Below, in pieces: positions 48,854 to 55,732 of a stretch of 64,000 nucleotides of DNA. The translations under genes were made by a program, and so were the position numbers. Location: assembly GCA_046598345.1 (NCBI GenBank), contig JBKJIT010000001.1, positions 108,251 to 172,250 on the forward strand. The letters run 5' to 3'. The stretch is from Minisyncoccia bacterium. Lineage in GTDB: Bacteria; Patescibacteriota; Minisyncoccia; Phycocordibacterales; UBA918. Below the pieces are notes generated by a model. That model ran no database searches. It had not been told where the DNA came from and saw only the letters and a program-made list of their open reading frames with translations. Numbering within the stretch: the first letter of the stretch is position 1; every line of letters starts with the position of its first letter.

Positions 48854-49602
48854 AACAAAAAAAAGTATTGGGAATTATACCAGCACGACTTAACTCAACA
48901 CGGCTTCCGCGCAAAATGCTGCAAGATATTTGTGGGAAGCCGATGATTCAGTGGACGTACGAGAGTGTAAAAAAGGCAAAAATTTTGGATGCTGTTGTTG
49001 TGGCAACTGACTCTATAGAAATCGCCGATGCGGTGAAAGCGGTTGGTGGTATGGTACTTATGACTTCTTCCAAACCCAAGAATGGGACAGAAAGGGTAGC
49101 TGAAGCTGCGCGACTATTTAACGGCTTTAAACCCGATATTGTTATCAACATCCAAGGAGATGAACCCATGATGCCTGTTTCTGCAATTACGAAAACGGTA
49201 GAACTACTGCTCGCAGATGGAAAAACAGTCATGTCTACAGTAGCCCGGCCATTTCCCAAAGGAGGTAACTTAGCGGAACCAGGGCAGGTAAAAGTAGTCC
49301 TTGATAAAGATAATTATGCGCTTTATTTCTCAAGGTCAAAGATTCCATATGAGAGAACGCCGTATGCCAAATTTTATAATCATATTGGAATTTATGGATA
49401 CCAGTATGAGTTTTTGCAAAAATTTGTAACCTTTAGGCAGACACCGTTAGAAAAAGCAGAACTTCTTGAGCAACTTCGTGCGCTTGAAAACGGATTCAAA
49501 ATCAAGGTGGGAATAGGAAAGTATGAAAGGCTTGAAGTAAATGAGCCGCATGAGTTAGAGGCTGTGCGTAAAATGATGGCAAGACGCTTGAAATCAAGGT
49601 AA
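48850..49602 (+). CDS. kdsB: 3-deoxy-manno-octulosonate cytidylyltransferase-like (CMP-Kdo synthetase family; CMP-sugar synthetase)
   Basis: IIPARLNSTRLPRKML and NIQGDEPMM. 250 aa, the expected KdsB length. Confidence 0.7.
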   Translation: MKQKKVLGIIPARLNSTRLPRKMLQDICGKPMIQWTYESVKKAKILDAVVVATDSIEIADAVKAVGGMVLMTSSKPKNGTERVAEAARLFNGFKPDIVINIQGDEPMMPVSAITKTVELLLADGKTVMSTVARPFPKGGNLAEPGQVKVVLDKDNYALYFSRSKIPYERTPYAKFYNHIGIYGYQYEFLQKFVTFRQTPLEKAELLEQLRALENGFKIKVGIGKYERLEVNEPHELEAVRKMMARRLKSR

Positions 49603-49674
49603 CTTTTTGGCTGAGAATCGGTTATACTCTCTGAGAAATTTAGCAGTATTTTTAATTGATCGAGGAAATAGCGT

Positions 49675-51321
49675 ATGCAGAATGAAGAGCAAAAAGAGGA
49701 TATTCTGAACCTTCCGCGCCTTAATGTTAAAGGTCGTCAACTTCACGATCTTGAGGTAATGCTCGTAGGTGGATTTTTCCCAGTTGAGGGCTTCATGGAT
49801 GAGGCAGACTACAATGCTGTCGTCGAGACTATGCACCTCGCAGATGGACAGATTTTTCCTATTCCTATTGTCCTCGACGTGCCACACGATAGCCCATATC
49901 ACGTAGGGGATCGAATCCTCCTCTGTGATCCGTTTGGAAATCCGCTTGCGATCATGAACGTGAGTTCGCGATTTACGCCAGATAAGCAAAACGAAGTACT
50001 AAAGGTCTATGGTACAGATGACCCAATGCATCCGGGTGTTCAGTATGTCCTCGATGAAATGCATGATACCTATATTGGTGGACCGGTAGCACATTTGGCA
50101 CTTCCAGTACGTCATGATTTTAAGCAGTGGAGACGGACACCGGCAGAACTCAAGGCACTTTTTAAAGAACGAGGTTGGGACAAGGTCGTTGGGTTCCAAA
50201 CACGTAACCCAATGCACCGCGCACATTTTGAGCTCGTGAAGCGTGCGTCAGAGACGGTTGGCGCACCAGTCCTCATTCATCCTGTAGTTGGTATGACGAA
50301 ACCGGGCGACATTGATTATGTCACTCGTGTGCGAACGTATAATGTTGTGCATTCAAAGTATGGAAAAGACTTTACAGAACTTTCGCTCTTACCGCTTGCA
50401 ATGCGAATGGCGGGACCGCGTGAGGCAGTGTGGCACTCGATCATTAGGCGAAACTACGGCTGCACGCACTTCATTGTGGGGCGCGATCATGCGGGGCCAG
50501 GAAAGGGAAGTGACGGCAAAGATTTTTACGGTCCGTATGAGGCCAGAGATCTTGCGCTTACTTGTGCGGACGAAGTAGGAATCACCATTGTGCCTTCGGA
50601 CGAACTCGCATATTCAAAGACACGCGATGCGTATGTTTCGACGAGTGAAGTAACTCCGGAGGACGAGATTGAGAATATTTCCGGCACTGAATTCCGACGC
50701 CGACTCTTTGCAGGAGAAGAAATTCCCGATTGGTTTTCATTTAAGGAAAGCATTGATATTTTACGCCAAAGTGTGAAGCGCGATACGCGCCCTGGAGTAG
50801 CTGTGTTTTTTACGGGTCTTTCATGTTCCGGAAAATCAACGCTTGCAAACCTTCTCCTTGCACGACTCCAGGAAATCCAAGACAGAGAGATTACACTCCT
50901 CGATGGCGATTTGATTCGGGCACACCTTTCAAAAGGACTTGGATTCTCAAAGGAGGATCGGGATGAAAATGTGAAGCGTGTCGGGTTTGTGGCGAGCGAA
51001 ATTGTGCGACACGGGGGTATTGTAATTTGCGCCCTTATTGCACCGTACAAGGATGCACGTCGCTACGTACGCAACCTGATCGAGCAGCACGGTGAATTCG
51101 TTGAAATTTTTGTCGAGACCTCGCTCGAAGAATGTGCTCGTCGCGATACAAAGGGTCTCTATGAAAAGGCGAAGCAGGGACTCATTAAAAATTTCACGGG
51201 CGTTGATGATCCGTATGAGATTCCTGAAAGCCCTGAACTTGTGGCCAAAACGGAGGAGGCGACTCCTGAGATGCTTGTCGAAGAAATCATTTCTAGCTTG
51301 AAAGACCGCAAGGTACTGTAA
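49675..51321 (+). CDS. bifunctional sulfate adenylyltransferase (Sat-type ATP sulfurylase) / adenylylsulfate kinase (CysC): PAPS synthase
   Basis: GFQTRNPMHRAHFEL and GRDHAG motifs of ATP sulfurylase. C-terminal APS kinase P-loop GLSCSGKSTLAN. Confidence 0.85.
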   Translation: MQNEEQKEDILNLPRLNVKGRQLHDLEVMLVGGFFPVEGFMDEADYNAVVETMHLADGQIFPIPIVLDVPHDSPYHVGDRILLCDPFGNPLAIMNVSSRFTPDKQNEVLKVYGTDDPMHPGVQYVLDEMHDTYIGGPVAHLALPVRHDFKQWRRTPAELKALFKERGWDKVVGFQTRNPMHRAHFELVKRASETVGAPVLIHPVVGMTKPGDIDYVTRVRTYNVVHSKYGKDFTELSLLPLAMRMAGPREAVWHSIIRRNYGCTHFIVGRDHAGPGKGSDGKDFYGPYEARDLALTCADEVGITIVPSDELAYSKTRDAYVSTSEVTPEDEIENISGTEFRRRLFAGEEIPDWFSFKESIDILRQSVKRDTRPGVAVFFTGLSCSGKSTLANLLLARLQEIQDREITLLDGDLIRAHLSKGLGFSKEDRDENVKRVGFVASEIVRHGGIVICALIAPYKDARRYVRNLIEQHGEFVEIFVETSLEECARRDTKGLYEKAKQGLIKNFTGVDDPYEIPESPELVAKTEEATPEMLVEEIISSLKDRKVL

Positions 51322-51515
51322 TACGCAAAGGGTGCGGGGTATTGAAGCCACTCGAAGATTCCACTTCGTGAATGCTGCCGTTGATACACTCATGAATCCC
51401 GTCTGCCCCCATTTTTACGTGGTTGCAAGGGCGAATCCTATCTTTGCGTATCCAGCTCGCCATATGAAGGAGCTCGAGGGGTATGTAGGCATGCGCGGGA
51501 ATATTGACACTAAGG

Positions 51516-51540
51516 TAAACCTGTAACCAGGTTTTGTCTC
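51516..51540 (+). terminator. hairpin aacctg-taac-caggtt followed by a T-rich stretch; weak terminator
   Basis: Sits about 200 bp downstream of the PAPS synthase stop. Confidence 0.35.
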
Positions 51541-51608
51541 TCTTTATACAGGGGAGGGTATCTCGTGGTATAGTCTTCGACACATGAATCCCATTAAGAG
51601 TAGAGGGA

Positions 51609-53843
51609 TTGCGCAAAGAGTTACTAACTTTTAATTTCACTCGGATGAAAGATATTGCAAAAGGAATAGTGTATTTGGGAGTTTTTGCCATCCCATTTAT
51701 TCCCCTCATTATTTCCAACACAATGTTTTTTCCCTTTATTACGGGAAAAAATTTCACCTTCCGCGTCATTGTTGAAATTATTTTTGCAGCATGGATACTA
51801 CTCGCTCTCTATGAACCTCTCTATAGGCCACGTTTTTCGTGGATAGTCGCTGGGTTTACATCGCTCCTCGTCGTAATGTTTTTTGCGAATCTTTTCGGGG
51901 CAAACCCGCTCCAGAGTTTTTGGAGCAATTTCGAACGTATGGAAGGGTATGTCACCTTGGTGCATATGTTCCTCTACTTTCTTGTGGCTGGGAGTGTACT
52001 TACTACTGATAAGCTTTGGAACCGTTTTTTCAACACAACACTTTTTGCAGCAGTACTCCTCTCGCTCTATGCATTTGCGCAGCTTTCTGGGAATATTGTT
52101 ATCAATCAGGGAGGATGGCGTCTCGATGGAACTCTGGGTAATTCAGCGTATATGGCAATCTATATGCTTTTCCACAGCTTCATAGCGCTCTTTATGCTTG
52201 TACGGACGCGTACTCGAGGACTTCAATACACGTATGGGGCGCTTTTAATTCTATTCATTTTTCTTCTCATACAGACAGCGACTCGCGGTTCAATAATCGG
52301 ATTTTTCGGGGGCCTCTTTGTGACAACGCTCTACATCACGCTATTTATCAAGGATCATCCACGAGTTCGTAAGGTAGCAATATCTTCACTCGTTGCTGTG
52401 GTTGCTCTTGTTGGACTCTTTGTTGCATTTAGGGACTCAGCACTTATTCAAAGCAACCCCTACCTCGGTCGAGTCGCGAACATAACGCTGAGTGAAGGAA
52501 ATGTACGTTTTAAAGTGTGGAATATGGCGATTGAAGGATTTAAGGAACGCCCAGTTCTTGGATGGGGACAGAGTAATTTCAACTACGTTTTCAATGAGCA
52601 CTATGATCCATCAATCTACTTTGCTGAATCATGGTATGACCGGGTGCACGATATTGCATTCGATTGGCTCATTGCAGGGGGTGTCTTAGGATTCATTGCG
52701 TACTTCTCGATTCTAGCTGCAGCACTCTACTACCTTTTCTTTAGACCACTCTTTAAGAAAGACGATGAGTCAATGACTGTGGTTGAGCGGGGTGTGCTCC
52801 TCGGTCTCCTTGCGGGATATGTCTTCCATAATATTTTCGTGTTCGACAACATCGTAAGTTATGTCTATTACGGAACCATCCTCGCATTTATTCATTCACG
52901 TGTTGCGTCGGCAATACCCAAGGTGGCAGCAGCAAAATTTGACACGCGTGTACTCGAACAGATTGCTACACCTGTTGTTGGGGTCGCACTCTTGTTTGTG
53001 ATCTACTTTGTGAATGCACCGGGTATTCGAGCTGCGAGTGACATTATTGATGCATTTTCAACACAGTCTCCAGACGCAGCCTTCCAACAGTTTGACGAAG
53101 CACTCTCGCGTAATTCATTTGGAAACCAGGAAATCCGGGAACAGCTCACGAGACAGGCACAAGCACTCATCCAGGATCCTAAAGCCGATGCAGCTCTTAA
53201 GGAAAAGGTGAAAGCACGTGTGGAAGAAGAGCTCATTAAGCAGATTGAGGAAAAGCCTAATGATGCACGTGTGCATGTATTCATTAGCTCCTTCTATCGA
53301 ATGACGGGGGATATTGATAAGGCAATCGAACAACTCGAAATAGCTCGTTCTCTTTCTCCACAAAAGCAGCAAATTATTTTTGAACAGGGGCTCGCGCATC
53401 TCCAGAAGGGTGAGAACGACATAGCACTCGCATACTTTAAAGAGGCGTATGATCTTGCACCTTCTTACTCGGAAGCCGCAGTATTCTATGCAGTTGCAGG
53501 ACTTTTCGCGGGGAAGCCAGAGATTATAGACGAAGTTCTTACCACCAAAGAGCTTAGAGATAGCTTCTCAGAAAATGATCTTGCCGTGCAAGCTGCGTAC
53601 AGCACGAAGCAATTTGATGTTCTCGAAAATATATTTAAGACTCGAATAGAACGGAAACCGGAAGATCCTCAGGCACGTACCAATCTTGCGTTTATCCTGA
53701 ATGAACAGGGTAAAACAACCGAGGCGATTGAAATTCTGAACCAAGCAGCGAAAGATATTCCGTCATTTGAAGGACAGTCACAGCAGTTTATTGCGAGTCT
53801 CCTTGCGGGAAACAGTCCAACGACGAGCCCTGTAGCACCGTAG
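51609..53843 (+). CDS. O-antigen ligase-domain (Wzy_C) membrane protein fused to C-terminal TPR repeats; putative O-oligosaccharyltransferase or polymerase
   Basis: About 12 TM N-terminal half with TATRGSIIGFFGGL (Wzy_C-like loop). The C-terminal 300 aa is soluble, helical and TPR-like. Confidence 0.65.
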   Translation: MRKELLTFNFTRMKDIAKGIVYLGVFAIPFIPLIISNTMFFPFITGKNFTFRVIVEIIFAAWILLALYEPLYRPRFSWIVAGFTSLLVVMFFANLFGANPLQSFWSNFERMEGYVTLVHMFLYFLVAGSVLTTDKLWNRFFNTTLFAAVLLSLYAFAQLSGNIVINQGGWRLDGTLGNSAYMAIYMLFHSFIALFMLVRTRTRGLQYTYGALLILFIFLLIQTATRGSIIGFFGGLFVTTLYITLFIKDHPRVRKVAISSLVAVVALVGLFVAFRDSALIQSNPYLGRVANITLSEGNVRFKVWNMAIEGFKERPVLGWGQSNFNYVFNEHYDPSIYFAESWYDRVHDIAFDWLIAGGVLGFIAYFSILAAALYYLFFRPLFKKDDESMTVVERGVLLGLLAGYVFHNIFVFDNIVSYVYYGTILAFIHSRVASAIPKVAAAKFDTRVLEQIATPVVGVALLFVIYFVNAPGIRAASDIIDAFSTQSPDAAFQQFDEALSRNSFGNQEIREQLTRQAQALIQDPKADAALKEKVKARVEEELIKQIEEKPNDARVHVFISSFYRMTGDIDKAIEQLEIARSLSPQKQQIIFEQGLAHLQKGENDIALAYFKEAYDLAPSYSEAAVFYAVAGLFAGKPEIIDEVLTTKELRDSFSENDLAVQAAYSTKQFDVLENIFKTRIERKPEDPQARTNLAFILNEQGKTTEAIEILNQAAKDIPSFEGQSQQFIASLLAGNSPTTSPVAP

Positions 53844-53902
53844 TGGATTGTGCGCTTGACGCAGGAAGTCTAGCAGCTATACTTACGCATGAGTCCACGT
53901 TG

Positions 53903-54190
53903 TGGAGCTCTAAATTTGAAAGTTTAACGTAAAGATCCCCGGGGTGGGGATTTTTGCGTTTTAGGGTGTGCCTCAACGTAGAAATCCTCACCCCGGGTGG
54001 GTGAGACAGTCTGGGGGAGTGTCGCAAGACTTTGAACTCTAATTTAGTCTCCCAGACTAAATTAGTATGAAAAGTTACAGCCGCTGTATGCGGTTTTTGC
54101 GTTTTAGGGATGGTATACTACGAGGAGCTCGTCTTTCGATATGGCTAGTAGCGGCGCTCACAATATTTAAACTTTCAATTAATTTGGAGT
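53903..54190. repeat. MITE-like non-coding element: imperfect terminal inverted repeats (ggagctctaaatttgaaagtttaa ... ttaaactttcaattaatttggagtcc) enclosing internal palindromes and a 16-nt direct repeat
   Basis: Internal perfect hairpin ctaatttagtct-ccc-agactaaattag. Palindrome atccccggggtggggat. tttttgcgttttaggg appears at about 53950 and about 54097. Confidence 0.4.
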
Positions 54191-54230
54191 CCTGCCCCTA
54201 CTGGCCATATTGGCAGATGAGTTTTATTGT

Positions 54231-55319
54231 ATGCCTTCTACTGTAAGAGAAAAGGTCCCCTTGGCCCCGTACACCACGCTTGGGATTGGTGGGGTTGCAG
54301 AATATTTTGTAGACCTGGAACATATATCGTTGTTTACAGATGTTGCAGAGTGGGCACGTGAGAAGAAACTCCCTATAACAATTCTCGGGGGAGGATCGAA
54401 TGTACTTATAGCTGATGAAGGAATTCAAGGACTCGTGATACACATGAGGACTACGGGCGTCAGGGTTCTCCATGAGGATGAGGATACCGTAGTGATTGCC
54501 GCTGCTGCAGGAGAATCGTGGGATACACTAGTGAATTTCGCAGCGGAATCGGGATACTGGGGTCTAGAAAATCTCTCGGGTATTCCGGGAAGCGTCGGCG
54601 CAGCTCCCATTCAAAATATCAATGCGTATGGAATAAGTGTAGGGGACTCTGTGTCTCACGTGCAGGCAGTCAATCTACTGACCTTAGAGGAAGTGAGTTT
54701 TTCAAAAGAAGAGTGTGCGTTTCAGTATCGCGATAGTTTTTTCAAATCAGAGAAAGGACGTGAGTTTCTTATAACCACTGTGAATGTTGTATTGCAAAAA
54801 AGACGAGGCGCAGTACTCAAGTATCGGAGTTCGTCACAGAGCATCGAACGACTTCTTTCGGAAGAAGGGATAACCGACCCAACTCCTCGTGATATACGAA
54901 GGGGAATTCTCCATATGCGACGAAACATTGGCATGCTTCTTGGGATGTATCAATCCGCAGGGTCATTCTTTAAAAATGTTCTCCTAAGTCAAGAGGAGTT
55001 TACGCGGCTCGCTGAAATAGTTGCAGCGAAGTACGGAGAAAAATCTGGAATACTTTCTCCCTGGCACTGGGAAGTGGAAGGGGGGCTTTATAAAGTGTCT
55101 ACAGCGTTTCTCATGGAGTGCACTGCATACAACAAAACGGATTTTAAAGAAAAAAGCTTTAGGGGTGTGGTGGGTATTTCACCAGGTCATACACTCTCGC
55201 TCGTTAATCAGGGCAGCGCACACGCAGCAGATGTTCGTGCGTTTGCAAAAGAGATACAGGAGACTGTACATGCAACATTTAATATTCTTATTGAACCTGA
55301 AGTACTTTTTCTTCCCTAG
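54231..55319 (+). CDS. murB: UDP-N-acetylenolpyruvoylglucosamine reductase
   Basis: LAPYTTLGIGGVAEYF and ILGGGSNVLI FAD-binding motifs. C-terminal MurB domain. Confidence 0.8.
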   Translation: MPSTVREKVPLAPYTTLGIGGVAEYFVDLEHISLFTDVAEWAREKKLPITILGGGSNVLIADEGIQGLVIHMRTTGVRVLHEDEDTVVIAAAAGESWDTLVNFAAESGYWGLENLSGIPGSVGAAPIQNINAYGISVGDSVSHVQAVNLLTLEEVSFSKEECAFQYRDSFFKSEKGREFLITTVNVVLQKRRGAVLKYRSSSQSIERLLSEEGITDPTPRDIRRGILHMRRNIGMLLGMYQSAGSFFKNVLLSQEEFTRLAEIVAAKYGEKSGILSPWHWEVEGGLYKVSTAFLMECTAYNKTDFKEKSFRGVVGISPGHTLSLVNQGSAHAADVRAFAKEIQETVHATFNILIEPEVLFLP

Positions 55320-55529
55320 TTTGCATTAAAAAACTTTTCAAAAAATATTTTATAAAAATTTTCAGTGCAGAAATTTTTTTACAAAATTATTTATCCACAT
55401 ATATTTTTTATTTTTTCTTGTATGAATTTTTTTTTAATAGATAATGTAATTAAGCAACGTTCTCTCAATGCTCTTTGAAAAGAGAACAATGCGGTCGAGT
55501 TGTTAAGACTAATTAATTCAAACTCAATC

Positions 55530-55622
55530 ATGGCAGCAAAAAAGAAGGCAGCTAAGAAGACAGCTAAGCGAAAGGCAGCTAAGAAGACCGCAAAGCGAAA
55601 GACAACTGCAAAGCGAAAATAA
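55530..55622 (+). CDS. 30-aa lysine/alanine-rich basic peptide (MAAKKKAAKKTAKRKAAKKTAKRKTTAKRK)
   Basis: ATG at 55530, TAA at 55620. Three tandem KAAKKTAKR-like repeats. Own terminator at 55643..55669. Preceded by a 200-bp AT-rich region. No obvious SD. Confidence 0.3.
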   Translation: MAAKKKAAKKTAKRKAAKKTAKRKTTAKRK

Positions 55623-55642
55623 TTTCGTTTACGCTAAACAAA

Positions 55643-55669
55643 AACACTCCCACAAGGGAGTGTTTTTGT
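55643..55669 (+). terminator. rho-independent terminator
   Basis: aacactccc acaa gggagtgtt tttg. Confidence 0.6.
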
Positions 55670-55732
55670 TTCTCTAGGACAGTTTTTTGGAGAGCATTTT
55701 TCATGCTATGCTGGGTACACTTTTAAATCCAT

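Noticed and set aside
50526-51393. Minus-strand ORFs (174 aa and 148 aa) within the Sat/CysC gene
   Set aside because: Antisense to a gene with unambiguous sulfurylase and kinase motifs.
51293-51769. 158-aa minus-strand ORF overlapping the start of the Wzy_C-TPR gene
   Set aside because: Would run through the promoter/RBS of the plus-strand gene. No SD. Likely spurious.
55320-55530. Calling the AT-rich island a chromosomal origin (oriC)
   Set aside because: Only one DnaA-box 9-mer is visible and no dnaA/dnaN/rpmH/rnpA context. Kept as a low-confidence note inside a finding rather than a feature.
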